Of a stretch of DNA of 64,000 bases, positions 1 through 13,099 are shown one piece after another (position 1 is the stretch's first letter; the number at the start of each line of letters is the position of its first letter). This DNA comes from Gekko japonicus. Taxonomy: Eukaryota. The position numbers and the translations under genes were made by a program. A model generated the notes under the pieces. It did no database searches. It was not told the origin of the DNA and worked only from the letters and a program-made list of their open reading frames with translations. The DNA lies in assembly GCF_001447785.1 (NCBI RefSeq), contig NW_015169198.1:432339-496338 (forward strand), written 5' to 3'.

Positions 1-951
1 AGCTTCCATTGTATTCTCTCATTTCAAAGGCTGCAGACAAACTGGTCGAGAAGCATTTCCTCTATGTCTTGGAACTCACAGTGGTGGGTAAGATGGCGGA
101 GTGCTGCCACATATGTGGACATGGACTCCCTGGCCGCCTGATCCCATTTGTAAAAGGCATGGTGGTGAGCAATGTGGGATGGCTGTGGTGAAAAATGGTT
201 CTTTAGAAGAGCCATAATGTTCTTGTATGAAGTGTCCCAGAGTTCGGCCGGTGCCGCGAGACTCTGGGCAATCTTGAAGGTTGCAGAGCCACAGACGCTG
301 AACAGGGTGGCCCGCTTGTGGTCGGCATCAGTGATTTTGTTGATCTCAAGGAAGAACTCGAGATGGTTGGCATAGGTGTCCCATAGTTCTGGGGACGCAG
401 GGTTGAATTCTTTGAGGTGGCCTGAAGTGGCCATGTTTCTTCATCCGCAAAACGACTTGTAGAAGCTCTCAGCAGTGCTCTTCGTCCGGGGCGACGGTTC
501 CCCAGAGGTGATTCAGCTTCTTTGGCCTCTAGCCATGCTAGAAAGATCTCATCCTTGTTGCCAGTGTTAAATAGTGGGTTTAACATGGCAGAGGTGAGGG
601 CATAGTGATTTCAGCAAGCAGCAGTTTATTGCATCTCCACAGGAATGCTTTACATGGGGCAACTGCCCAAACTATAGACACCTAAGCCACTCCCAGCCCC
701 CATGTGATTGGTGAGTTCAAATGGCCTCCAGGCTCCAGATTGGCTGGCTGCCCTCAGGGGCCAATCCTCAGGCAGGTTCCAGGATCCTGCCTGCCTTTGT
801 TCTGGGGCTTCAAGCTCCACTAGGTGGACTCCCCAGACAAGCCCAGACATGCCTCTCCACGCTTCCTCTAAGTGGCCTTCCAGACAAGTCCAGGCATGTC
901 TCCAGCAGCAGTTAAGCTGGAGTGAAAGATTTCTCATTTCCAGACATAACA
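1..951 (-). mobile_element. Ty3/Gypsy LTR retrotransposon 5' end (5' LTR 565-951, PBS 546-563, gag from 434 running off the window edge)
   Basis: On the minus strand the LTR runs TGTTATG...TTTAACA with an AATAAA (tttatt at ~625). It is followed after 1 nt by TGGCAACAAGGATGAGAT, which matches the complement of the tRNA-Ser(GCT) 3' end (TGGCGACGAGGATGGGAT) with three G>A changes, then a gag-like ORF. Confidence 0.85.
24..434 (-). pseudogene. Gypsy gag N-terminal fragment
   Basis: The sequence MATSGHLKEFNPASPELWDTYANHLEFFLEINKIT...KRATLFSVCG...LLKNHFSP...YVAALRHLTHHCEF...LLDQFVC is typical of vertebrate Gypsy gag. It ends in a premature stop. Confidence 0.85.
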
Positions 952-1050
952 GTATGTGTATGTGTACATTCATGGGGAAGGAGTAATTGGAAAACACCTT
1001 GATTGGGGGACAGAATCTAAAGCTGGTGGTGCTCTATGTGTCTGAATTAC

Positions 1051-1105
<55 letters not shown>

Positions 1106-1116
1106 GACAGAGAGAG
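1051..1116. repeat. (GA)n/(GACA)n microsatellite
   Basis: Directly visible. Confidence 0.95.
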
Positions 1117-1117
1117 A

Positions 1118-1385
1118 AGGTTTGCCAGTCCCTTCGAGATGCCAGGGAGAGGGTTGGGGAATGCTCCAGGAGCCAGAAGCATTGCCCCCAACATACTGAC
1201 ATCACCAGAAGTGACGTCGCACATTGTGCCTACGTCACCCGGAATTGACATAGGCATGTCAGGAACAACACTCTGGGTTTTAGGCAAAATTCTATGATAG
1301 AATCGCACTCAAACCATAGAGTTTTGCCCCAAAACCAGAGAATACCCCCCCAATGTTGCCGATGTGCCTACTTCTGGGTGCCATA
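1118..1385. mobile_element. Degenerate hAT-type MITE fragment with internal palindrome
   Basis: Starts aggtttgcca, similar to the TAGGGTTGCCA TIR family. Carries ggaagtgac-like motifs and the palindrome ctctgggttttaggcaaaattctatg...catagagttttgccccaaaaccagag. Related to the MITE at 53326. Confidence 0.55.
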
Positions 1386-1974
1386 GGTGCATTGCTCCAT
1401 GTTGCTGTTGGAGGGGGGCAGAAGACTGCAAAACTATGCCTTCGCCTCTGCCATGTTAAACCCACTATTTAACACATACATAAGCCATTTCTCTCCAGAA
1501 AGATGGTACAGAATGTGGTTTCAGTTCTGCCACTACCAAAGTCACTTAGAAGAGTCATGCTCGGTTCCATTCAGTCACTGATAGAGGGGCTTCTTCCAGG
1601 CTGTAGCGCCAAAGTGCTCTTTTGCACTTTTCTAAATCCCATCTGTGCTGGTAGGGCTGGAAACAGCTGCACCTGCTCCTGTCCCTAGTGCCACTTCCAC
1701 AGCTTAACATGACAGAGCCTCTGCAGCACCCTCCCATTTCAACTGAGGGAAGTGTATTAAGGAAGGGGTACAGCCTACATCTTTCTTTTTTTCTCTGAGT
1801 TCTGTTGATACCAGGAAAGTGGCAGTGTTCCATTTCCTGCTGGAAGTGGATGGGCCAGTCGTAGGTTGGTGATGGACCTTCTGCATGTGCATGCTGACCT
1901 TTGATGCCAGTCCTGTTTAAATCTGTTGAGAATTCATCTCATGAGGTGATCCAAGTGTCACCTAGTGTTATCTT

Positions 1975-2400
1975 TAATAGATAAAAAATTCTCGCTGCTT
2001 ACTTTCTCCAAATCTTGCAGATTTTATAATCTCTGTCATAATAATTACTTCTCCCATGTATTTAAAAAATAACTTTAAAATCTCAAAGTTCTTTGTGGGG
2101 TAAGTAGTCCATTTTTGGAGGGGTAATTTTGTTGCCCCTTTCTGCACTTTCCCCAGCTTTACAACATTTGTTTTAGATGTGGCTACTGGAACTGTAAACA
2201 TGATTCAGAATGTGTGTTTACCATAGATCTCTAGAGGGGCATTATGATGCTGCCAATTTTATTTTCAGTTCCTTTCCTGTTAATATCTAGCATTGTGTTT
2301 GTCTCTTGAGCTGACAGTCTCATTGAGATATCTGGATGCTCCAGGATCTCATCCTGGTTTTTATCTGCCAGTTTAGCCCCATCAGTTGACATGTGAAATT
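1975..2400 (-). mobile_element. Old CR1 LINE ORF2 3' fragment
   Basis: Contains the motif KLGKVQKGATK and resembles the CR1 copy at 19900-20816. Confidence 0.7.
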
Positions 2401-3114
2401 AGGATTCTTTTTCCAGTTGCAAGGCTGGCTCAAGCTACAGGAAGAACTTCTACAACCTGCCTTGATGAATCCTGTGAAGACAGCTATAAAGAAAGCACAT
2501 GCCAACTCTTATGCCACCTGGAATCCATCCAAGGCAAGGTTGGCACAAGAGGAACTTGTATTTTCACCATCTTGAATAATTTGGTGACTTGAAGATGTCT
2601 GATCACCCGATCACCACAGATCAAGGCTGATCAAAAGTTCATATCTCTAAATATCATCAATGGTTCCATTATCAATAAAGGACAGAACCGAAACATTGAC
2701 ATCCTATGCATTGCATGGAAAATACCCATAAAAGCTTAACACAGGAATATGGATGAAGCCTTATCAGTGAAGCTGCTAAAACCAGGTCATCCTAGAACTG
2801 GAATGGGATATTTTCTCATTGCTATTTAAGTTTGTATAATTGCTGTCAATAACTATCAAAATATAGTATGAAGAGAACAGATATGGACAGTTGTAGAAAA
2901 TGCATATCAGAATAATAGGTGGCTGCCCTGTTTTCTTCAATCTTGCCTGACACAATCAGGCTACACAAATCATTCACCAGTCAATTGGGTATGCAATGAA
3001 AACTAACCAGTTCATAATTCTTCCCTTACTAAAACATAGGATGACCACAGATCTTGATAATGATGATGGTAACTTACAAGTTACAAGGCTTATACTTTTA
3101 AAAAGCCTATTAAT

Positions 3115-4297
3115 ATAAGACACAAGTGGGGACCCACAAGAAACTTGCAGAGATGGTGAATCCCTTCCCCCTCTTTGCTTCCTTCCCTCTTTCTCTTTCT
3201 CGATCAATCTGCCCCCTCTTTCTACCCTTCCCCTTACCTGTCTACCTACCCCATCTCTTTTGCCCCCTCCCTTCTCTGTCAATCTACCTCCCTTCTGTGA
3301 TAACCTACCTCCCATTTCCCCCTTTCTCCCATTCCCTTTATCTGTCAACCTGCCCCCTATTTCACTCCTTTCTTCCATCCCCCTTATTTGTCAATCTACC
3401 CCTCATCTCCCCCACACACATTTTCTCCATCAGTCTACCCAACCCTTGCTGCTCTCCCCACCTGCCACCTACTCCTTGTACTTCACTCACCCCCACCTTT
3501 GCAGTCCTCCCCACCTACCCCCCACCCTTAGCAATCCACTCACCCTTGTTGCTCTCCCACCTACCCCCCGGCACTCCACTCACCCACCATTCTTGCTGAT
3601 CTCCCTATCTACCCTCGCTCTTGGTATTCACTCACCCCCACCCTTGGCATTCACTCACTCTAAACCCTTGCTGTCTTCTCACCTACCTCCCACCCTTAGA
3701 AATCAACTATTCACAGGAGGGAATCTCTGAGCCAGCACATCCAGGCCCTAGCACTAACCTCAGGGCCTCACCACACCAGTGTCTGGCTGCCACTCCAAGC
3801 CCCAAACAGCTCCCAGCAGGCGTTGCAGTGACTGGGCCTCAAGTGACTCCCTGTATCCACTGCCATGGCAGCCAGGCCCCAAGCTAATCCTGGTGTCCCT
3901 TGACTTCCCAAGTGTGTCCCAAGTGGCTTCCAGTGTGCACTGTAGCAGCAGCTGAGCCCTGTGCAGCTCCCTGCTTCTGTTCCGGTGGTGGCCAGCCCCC
4001 AAGCAATTCCTGGTGTTCACCAAGTAGGCCTGCCAAGGCTTCCTTATTCTTTGAGCAGGCTTGTCAAGGCCTCCCCCACCTGCTCTCAGTGGCTCGCTTG
4101 GGGTTTGCCAAGGTTTCTTTCACCTCCACTCTTGGCTTCTCACCTGGAGCTGCTCTGAGTGGACCTGTGGAGGCTTCCATTACCCCTTGCTGGCAGATCT
4201 GGCACTCTGTTGCCACAGCAACCACCAGGCTCCTTTCCAGCTGTACTACAGTAAGTGTGTTGCCTGCGCATGTGCATATGTTTTATTATTTTCAGGA
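3115..4297 (+). mobile_element. Probable non-autonomous Helitron/Helentron-like element with C-rich tandem interior
   Basis: 5' end cacaagtggggacccacaagaaacttgc, 3' end tgcgcatgtgcatatgttttattatt, and a low-complexity C/T-rich repeated interior. Confidence 0.4.
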
Positions 4298-5598
4298 GTA
4301 ATTTAATCCCCCCAAGTTTGCAGAAAAGCCTGTGTAGAGTGTGTCCCCTACCTGCAGATTTAGATATTTACACATAGGGGGCACAGTTGGGACTTAGCTA
4401 TATAGATTAAAATTGATTATTACAATAGACCAGGCATAATGATGTCCAAACATACAAAGAAGCACAACTAAAACAACTACTTTTTCAGGTTTTTATCTAT
4501 TTTGTTTTAGTCACGAAGAAATGTACAAAAATGACAGCTACTATTATAGTGAATGCAATTCTTGTACCAAGTAACACTGGAAAATCTGATGATAAAACTA
4601 AATAAACACTAAAAGCTATCCTTGGAAATAAAATGTCTTTAGAAACGCAAGACAGTTCATATTGTCCCCTCTCGATATAACCTTAAGGAGTAATTCCAAG
4701 TACCCTGAAGCAAAATTTAGAGAGAATACATCCACCATAGTTCCTATTAAAAACAATGTAAAAAGCTGTCATTCTCCAGACTTTCCTACAGCTAGGATTT
4801 TTCTAAACATTGATTGACATCCTTGCACAACAAGGCTTGAAGTATTAGATCTCTGTCCAAATAATCAGTAAAAGGGTGTGGGGGGGAGATAATGATGATA
4901 ACAGTGATAATATAAAATTATTGAAAATGTTATTTTTTCTTAGTAATTTTTAACAACATTTGTAAAGCATAAAAGTGTCAGACGTGATCTACACCTCTAA
5001 AATTTTAAAATCCTGTTGAGCAGCTTTAATGAGCGATATAAGAATTTTTTTTAAAAAAATCACTAATGAAATCTGCAGATGCTCATTGTTTTGCTGTTCT
5101 TGATGACTCCTGTGGAACTGTAATGTTAAGCTTAGTTACGAGTTTTAAAGATTTACTTGAACTTTGATTGATATGATGTAAGAATGATGAAATCAGTGAT
5201 GACCATGGAAATTTGCCACATCTAGATTTTCATATATCTAAAAGTGACCCAAGGCCAGCTCATAATTGGTATGAATTGAGCCACTTAGGAGTATTTTTCA
5301 TACAGCATGAAATCAGAGCTTTCTTATACCTATTTTTAAAGAAGTTTTTTATTTTTATACCTATTTTTCAAGGCCACTGAGATATGGATTTTTCTTTTTC
5401 TTTTTTGAGCTGAGTGAAGCTACATACAGAATGCGTCTATTTAGAAGGACTTTTATTATCGTATTTTTGGCCCTTAGAGACTGAGATGATAGTTTTAGTT
5501 TATTTACTGAACTCTAGTTTTTTATGTATGGAAACTGTTTTAAACCAGTGTGTGGAAAGCAGTAATAAACATATCAAATAAATAAAATGAAAGGTGAA

Positions 5599-5687
<89 letters not shown>
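5599..5687. repeat. Compound (AT)n(AC)n(GA)n microsatellite
   Basis: Directly visible. Confidence 0.95.
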
Positions 5688-5689
<2 letters not shown>

Positions 5690-6439
5690 AAAACAAAAAG
5701 GCAAATCCTAATTATTCATTGTAAGTATGCACTGAACCATACTAGAAATTCCGTCTTTTTGTCTTCTTTTTCATGTGATGGGTATATATGTAGCTTGGAG
5801 CAGGGATTGTTGCCTGTGGGCAGTGCTTTGCTCCCAGTCTGACCCATGCCAGAGGGCCAGGTGGATAGCCTGTCTATTCTGTGAGCACCCTTGCCCATGG
5901 GATATGGGGGGACTTTCAGGCCACTTGCCTCTAGTACAGGTGTGCTGTCACTGAGTCTTTCTTCCCTGTCTGCAGAGGAAAGTTATTGGGTGCTTCTGCC
6001 TTATTGGTGGGTGTTGCCTATATTGCTATGGACTCCAACATACTGAGTATACTGTCTACATTAGAGGTCCCCAACCTTCTGGCACATGGGGACTGCATTA
6101 GAGTGTCCAATGCCTAAAGAGAGCCACATCTTAAATCAAAGTGTAAAAAAATATTAACCTACCTATTTAGATCAAAAGTTAACTTTCAGAGGTCAATGAA
6201 GAAATGTTAACTTGAATGCAGTCCATTTTGGAACAATATTTTTCTGTGGAATCCTTTTATCTAGCTACACATACTTACCTAGTCAGTGTGATTTTTGGGG
6301 CTGTTTTCTGTTAGTCAAGGCATTAATGTCCAAGTCAAGGTTTGTGACAGACTCCCTTAAAATGTCATGTAAATGTTCATCTGTAAGTCTTGACCTAAAC
6401 TTGGATTTCACAATTTTCATCTTGGAATTTTTTTTTTTG

Positions 6440-6520
6440 AGTAAAGTGGTACCTTTGAGACCAACAAAGTTTATTTAAGGCATGAGCTTTCATGTGCATG
6501 CACACTTTTTCAAACACATA
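6440..6520 (-). mobile_element. Penelope-derived non-autonomous fragment with degenerate hammerhead ribozyme
   Basis: Minus strand reads ttgaaaa-agtgtgcatgcacat-gaaagctca, a hammerhead layout (CUGAnGA-stem II-GAAA-NUH) with a mutated core. Confidence 0.5.
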
Positions 6521-7015
6521 CATCTTGTTCACATATGTATGTGGTGCCAAAGACTGTGAACATGCCTGCAGAAAATTTCTTTAGGTTGATAAATATGTCA
6601 GATAGACTAGAATAGAAATCTAACAGATTATTTTCTTTGTAAATTTCTCTAAGATGATGTAACACTGGGTTGCAAATCAATTAATTCCATCTGGAAAAAG
6701 TTACTTGCATCTTCTGGTGCTACTTCAGATGTATTCTGAAACATTCTCATTTCCTTTCCATGCTTATGGCAATCAGTGAATCTGTTCTGGAATTCCACCT
6801 GGAATAGGTTCAGTGCCTTGATGTGACTTTCAACACTGAATTGTAAATTCCCATCCTTCTCAAATTCTAATCCACTGCAGCATGAGAAATTTGAAAAGTT
6901 GCTTCACAAAAATGTTTAGGTTATGGGATACCTCCTTACATATAGACCTTTCGAGAATCTCATTGTCCCTGGAAGTGGGAAGCAGATTAAAAAAATTTAT
7001 GATTCCTAACTATCG

Positions 7016-8608
7016 GCCATGATAAAGGACAAAAATGGTAGGGACCTAACAGAAGCAGAGGAAATTAGGAAGAGATGGCAATAATACACACCAAAAAAAA
7101 CTGTACAAGAAAGACCTTTACGTCCTTGACACCCATGATAGTGTGATCACTGACCTCGAGCCAGACATCCTGGAGTGCAAAGTCAAATCGGCCTTAGAAA
7201 GCATTACTAACAACAAAGCTAGAGGAGGTGATGGTATCCCAGCTGAGCTATTCAAAGTCTTAAAAGATGATGCTGTTAAAGTGCTGCGCTCCATATGGCA
7301 GCAAATTCAGAAAATGCAACAGTGGCCACAGGATTGGAAAAGGTCCGTTTACATTCCGATCCCAAAGAAGGGCAATGCCAAGGAATGTTCAAACTATCGC
7401 ACAATTGCACTCATTTCACACACTAGCAAGGTCATGCTCAAGATCCTACAAGCTAGGATTCAATGGTACCTGGATAGAGAACTGCCAGAAGTACAAGCTG
7501 GATTTCGAAGAGGTAGAGGAACTAGAGATCAAATTGCCAACATAAAGCCTCTGTTTGTGTGGATCACAACAAGCTATGGCAAGTCCTTAAAGAGATGGGA
7601 GTACCAGACCATCTCACATGTCTCTGGAGAAACCTGTATAAGGGTCAAGAAGTGACAGTTAGAACTGGATATGGAACAACTGATTGGTTTAGCATAGGAA
7701 AAGGAGTACGACAAGGATGTGTATTGTCACCCTGGTTATTTAATTTATATGCAGAGTACATCATGCAAAATGCTGACCTGGATTAATCACAAACTGGAAT
7801 TAAGATTTTCGGGAAAAACATCAACAACCTCAGATATGCAGATGATAACCACTCTAAAGGCAGAAAGTGAAGAGGACCTAAAGAGCCTCTTGCTCAGAAT
7901 GAAAGAGGAGAGGGCAAAAGTTGGCTTGAAACTCAACATCAAAAAAACTAAGATCATGGCATCTGGCCCCATCACTCCTTGGCAAATAGAAGTCATGGAA
8001 GCAGTGACAGAATTCACATTCCTGGGATCCAAGATCACTGCAGAAAGTGACTTCAGCCATGAGATTAAAAGACGCCTGCTCCTCGGGAGGAAAGTTATGG
8101 CAAACCTAGACAGCATAATAAAAAGTAGAGACATCACCCTGCCAACAAAAATCCGTATGTTCAAAGCAATGGTATTCCCAGTAGTCATGTATGGCTGTGA
8201 GAGTTGGACCATAAGGAAGGCTGAGCACCGAAGAATAGGTGCTTTTGAATTATGGTGCTGGAGAAGACTCTTGAGAGTCCCTTGGACTGCAAGGAGATCA
8301 GATCAGTCAATCCTAAAAGAAATAAACTCTGACTGTTCCCTGGAAGGCCAGATACTGAAGCTGAAGCTCAAATACTTTGGCCACCAAACAAGAAGGAAGC
8401 ACTCACTGGAGAAGACCCTGATGCTGGGAAAGATTGAAGGTCAAAGAAAAAGGGGATGGCAAAGAATGAGATGGTTAGACAGTGTTGTCGATGCAACGAA
8501 CATGAAATTAAGCAAATTCTGGAGGATGACGGAAGACAGGAGGGCCTGGCGTGATGTGGTCCATGGGGTCGTGAAAAGTTGGACTCGAATGTGCGACTGA
8601 ACAACAAC
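7016..8608 (+). mobile_element. BovB (RTE-clade) LINE, 5'-truncated, frameshifted
   Basis: RT motifs WPQDWKRSVYIPIPKKGNAKECSNYRTIALISH, GVRQGCVLSP, and C-terminal MYGCESWTI...LKYFGH...LEKTLMLGKIEG. Ends in a (CAA)n tail at ~8601-8608. An internal deletion at ~7543 removes the stretch between RDQIANI and VDHNKLW. Confidence 0.95.
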
Positions 8609-8609
8609 G

Positions 8610-8790
8610 TTTATTCTCATAGGAAGCATCAAAGAGCTTTCACCTTAGCCCAACTAAATGTTCTCCACTCTGCTCAAACTCCGTGTATATACTGCCCCTG
8701 TCCATGCCAACCAGGTTTGACAGAGACAATTGAGCATGCCTTTCTATATTGCCATTTCTATCAAGAGATCTGCTTCAGTATACAGACAAT
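8610..8790 (+). mobile_element. LINE ORF2 C-terminal zinc-knuckle fragment (RTE-X-like)
   Basis: RAFTLAQLNVLHSA...CPCPC...ETIEHAFLYCHFY fits a CCHC motif. Confidence 0.55.
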
Positions 8791-9720
8791 TAATAACATA
8801 ACAGTCATTAATTTGGCCCCCTACCTTTGTTAAATAATAAAATGACAGGCCCACTTAGAGCCATCACAGTCCCTAGACAAAAATTCTATCTGTCCCCTTC
8901 TGGCACCCAACCCAAATAACACATGAAAAGTAATCACATTACTTGCCAACCTCCATACACTTCCTAGAATTTTTTTCCACTATGATTCTGTCTGCAGGTA
9001 TGCCAATGACATCTATGGAAATGAACCTCCCCTTCTAATTCTGCCAAAACCTACCATAGGCCCCCAGGCAATATTTCCTCTGCCATTCCCACATTCGGAA
9101 AAATATACACAAGATGGTTAGAACAGGAGTGTTTGCACTACCCCCCACCCAGTATTACCTTATCCATTCCTTAAGCCCCCAGGATTACCCAGCAGACCCT
9201 TGGAATTTTGTAGCCCAGGCCCCTCTTGGCAGCCTTATGCTCAGTGAATTTCTTAAACCACAATAACACAGTATCACAATAACCAAAATGAAGTGCCACA
9301 AGATATGGGAGGAAACATTAACAGCAAACTAGACTCAAGATTGCATAACTAAACAGAATTTTTTTACAGGTAAATCACTGCATTTTGAATGAACCTTACG
9401 GGTGGAACTTGATAATACATTAAAATAGGGCTGTGCTGTTTTGTGTCCTTTCCTGGTAACAAATGTGATATGTCATGCTTTGTATTTTCCTCCTCCTGAC
9501 ACCCAATGATCTTAGATATCTATGTGGCATCAGGGTGAGATATGGCATGATGTGCCATGGAAGGGGATAAAAGGGGCACAAAATGACTGGTGGTGCCATC
9601 ATGGTCAGACACTTTCATGCAGAATTCCATGTTCCCAGTTTACAAGCTTGAGATGGGGTGCAGGCTTTAACTTTTCATTTGAAGTATACAGTGCCATTTA
9701 AAAGGATGTCTTCATAAGAC

Positions 9721-10180
9721 TGTTGAATCCAGGGTTTAAAATGACAGGAGCTCCGAATCTTGGCCTGCCACCGGAACGTGAATGCACAGACTGTATCAAC
9801 ACAAGATTGGATTGAACCAAAGCTTTATTAATTATTTAAAAGCTAAATTCTTAAATAAACATATTTACTTCATTATTGCTGGCACTGTAAAAGGCTTTCC
9901 AATGGGTTCACTAGTTGTTGGACAGCCCCACCCTAGTCCCAAGCCCATAGCACTACATAACAATTCTTCACTTAGGCTGCAAAACAAATTGTACGGAGAG
10001 ATGCTGCCAGTCAAGGCCATTCTCCTATGCCAGTCAGCATGAAGGTTTGAGCAATGACGAGCAGCACCAAGAGCGTTCCCTCCCCGGGCACTTGGATCAG
10101 AGAGACTGAAGTGTCTAGTTTGGATTCCTCTCCTTATCCTGAGATACCTCAGGGTACTTGCCAATCTAATTACTGTAACA
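9721..10180 (-). mobile_element. Possible solo LTR
   Basis: TG...CA ends (tgttg...gtaaca) and a minus-strand AATAAA. No clear TSD. Confidence 0.35.
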
Positions 10181-10200
10181 ATGAGCCAGCTCTAAACCTT

Positions 10201-11290
10201 TAGGGTTGCCAACTCTGGCCTCGGATATTCCTGGAGATTTGTGGGTAATTTGGAGAGAGATTTCAACTAGAATTTATGGTATACTACAGGGTTTGCCTTC
10301 TGAACCTGCCATTTTTTCCAGGAGTATTTATCCATGTAGTCTGGAGATCTGTTGTAATTTGGGTTGCTAGCTTCTCCTTCAGAAATCTCCAGATATTTCC
10401 CAGCCCAGAGCTGGCAACGCTAAGCCTGGGTGATTGGGGTTCGGGGAGGGGCCTTGGTAGGGTATAATGCCATGCAGTCTATCTTCCAAAGCAGCCGTTT
10501 TCTCCAGAAGAAGCGGCATAAATATTTTAAATAAATAAAGGATTAAATAAGTGATTTATGTAAACATGTTCCCAGGAATGAGTCCTAGATGCTGGCATTG
10601 TAAACAATCGAAGGGATGGTATTCTCATATGTGGTGGGAATGCCCAGAGGTTAGGGTTTTCTGGACAAAGATATTACAAATTATAAAAAAGACATGTAAA
10701 GTATCATTGCCCATCAACTTTAATTTAATGCTAATGGGAATAGTAGGAAACCCAGTAATAAGCAAAGAGAACCAAGTTATGTTTAAAGCTATGATACTAG
10801 CAAGTAAAGCAGTAATAGCTCTAGGCTGGAAGAACAAAAATAAATGGACAGTAGAAATCTGGCATAATTATTTGTTTGATCTCATACAGTCCGATATAAT
10901 CGAAAAGTTGGAACGAAAGGTCACATGGGAAGAGAAGACTACGGGAATCAGGACGAAGTGGAAGACCTACCTGGAATGGATACCAACAGAAGGAAGAAAA
11001 GACATTCAGAGCAAGATTCAGACTTTGTGCCCGTGGCTGGGAATATAGGACTAAAACACCGGAATAGCATAGGGGGGTGGGGGGAGGGTTATAAATTATT
11101 ATGAAAAGTATGGTTAAAAGTTAATATGCAAAATTTGTGAAAAATAATTAAAAAAACAAATATTTATATTTTAAAAAGTGATTTATGTAATCTGGAGATA
11201 CGTGGTAATTGCGGGAGAGCTCCAGCCCCCGCATGGAGGTTGGCAAGCCTAGTTGTAATTCCAGAGAACTCCAGACCCCACCTGGAAGAT
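10201..11290. mobile_element. Nested TAGGGTTGCCA-TIR (hAT-type) MITEs interrupted by an L1 fragment
   Basis: tagggttgccaac at 10201, ctggcaacgcta at ~10411, ttggcaagccta at ~11240, plus repeated ctggagat/atctccag motifs. Confidence 0.6.
10564..11175 (+). mobile_element. L1-clade LINE 3' end (ORF2 C-terminal CCHC region, 3'UTR, A-rich tail)
   Basis: CWHCKQSKGWYSHMWWECP...FW. Flanked by a 15-bp TSD aagtgatttatgtaa at 10549-10563 and 11176-11190. Confidence 0.85.
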
Positions 11291-11944
11291 ATGGGAAAAT
11301 ATATGACACTGTGTGTAAAAGATGTATGCTTAAGGTAGATCTGTTTTGTCCAGGTTTACACTGTGTTCAGACATTCAGATAGCACCTTGTCAGTTTCACA
11401 ACCGCTAGTCCCACAGGATTCTAGTAATTTGCCTCTATAGCATACAATCTTTTTCAAGGGCAGTGATATACATACAAGACATAAGGTGCAATAAATTCTC
11501 TTAGTGAGCATAAAACTCTTGAAATGGCAGCATTTCCCCAGGGTTCCATTGGAACCCCTGCAGCAAACATAACAAGTTGTTTTCTGTCAGGCATTTCTTA
11601 AGTTCTGTCAGGCAACCCTACTGCCACCTTAGTTTTATTTATGTATTTATTTATTAAAACATTTATATCCTTTCTTTGTGGTTCAAGTTAGGGCTTTACC
11701 TATTTAATTCTTAACTCCTCCCCATTATACGGTATGGAGCAAATGAAAAAAAAGAACTGACCCAATGTAATTTAGAGAAAGATGCAAGAGCATTCCNNNN
11801 NNNNNNNNNNNNNNNNNNNNNNNNNNNNNNNNNNNNNNGCAGGGCAGCTATGCAGCAAAAAAGACTGGCAAGGAGGTGTGGGCTGGCACTAAATCATCTT
11901 TCCAAGTGCTCCTCTGATTGGCTGGCCAACATCAAGCCAAAAAA

Positions 11945-12130
11945 TTAAAACACAAAACACAAGTCCAGTGGTGCTTTAAAGACCAACAACTTTTATTTCA
12001 GTACGATCTTTTGCGAGACAGAGCTCCTTCAAACACAAACTGAACTCTGTCTCATACTGGAATAAATGTTGTTGGCCTTTAAAGTGTCACTGGACTTCTG
12101 TTTTGCTTTACTGCAATAGACTAACACAGC
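11945..12130. mobile_element. Penelope-derived non-autonomous palindromic element
   Basis: Inverted arms 11961-12006 and 12052-12097 (agtccagtggtgctttaaagaccaac / gttggcctttaaagtgtcactggact). Related to 6440 and ~51185. Confidence 0.6.
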
Positions 12131-13099
12131 TCCTTCACTGACAACGTCAAGCCAGCCACCTACCCCAATTGCTTGGTGCCTTCTATTTCTCAAGTGGGGT
12201 GGCATCAAAAAATGATTCCCTACAAGGGAAGGAACTGATCTTTCCACCATCTAGTTCCACCTTAAGTGCAAGATAAATATCAGTGCAGTCATGCACATAG
12301 CACCCTGAAAATGGTGTAAGTAGCCAGAAAGCATTGGAACACAGTAGGGGGCAATGGCAGAAGTGAGTTGCAGTCAAGTATTTCTCAGTTGTAAGCAAAT
12401 GACAAATGGCAACTTTAATTATTCACTATGTTAAGCAGCTAACATCCCTTAATGTCTAGCTGAGTGGTTGGATCCAATTACTGCATAACAAAAGATCTGT
12501 ACAATACTATATCTTCCAGCACAGGGAGTTTATGAAGACAGTTGACATCCATTATTTGCACATTTCTAATTTGTTGAAAGTAATTAGGAAGGCATTTAGT
12601 TGAAGAAATGGAAAAATCAGTTTCTCTTTGTAAGTAATGTGTACAGTTCTATGGTGTATATAGGACAAACGAGGGAACGTGCAAGAAAGGAACAGGAAGA
12701 ATGAAACATTTTGCCAACAAAGTAAGAGAACGCAACTGAATGATAGGCAACTACCTCCATTATTTGTCACCTACTTTACAGAGATCATAGTGAACACTTA
12801 AATGTCAGTGATATAAAAAACCTAGGGGCGTGCATTTGGCATAAACTGAGCTGGGGGGAAAAGCCAAAAAAATACGGGGTATTATTTAAGTTGAATACAG
12901 ATCAGTGAATCTGATCAGCTACCAGTATGGCTGAGCCTGAATAAAGCAATTTTTTTTTTGCTTTTAATTGGGTATATTTGCTTATACCAAATGGCTGGAG
13001 GGTTCTGCAATGATCTCAACTGAGTGGGGCCTCAATATTTATACTACTGGATTCAGATTCTCACTCTGTTCTGACTGATCACCTCGTCTTTCTGAGGGA

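Noticed and set aside
2590-2800. Possible Penelope 3' end with hammerhead (gatgaagcc...gtgaagc)
   Set aside because: The core motifs are too degenerate to support a call.
2974-3887. Pro/Leu/Ser-rich and Gly/Arg-rich ORFs
   Set aside because: They are translations of a low-complexity C-rich repeat interior.
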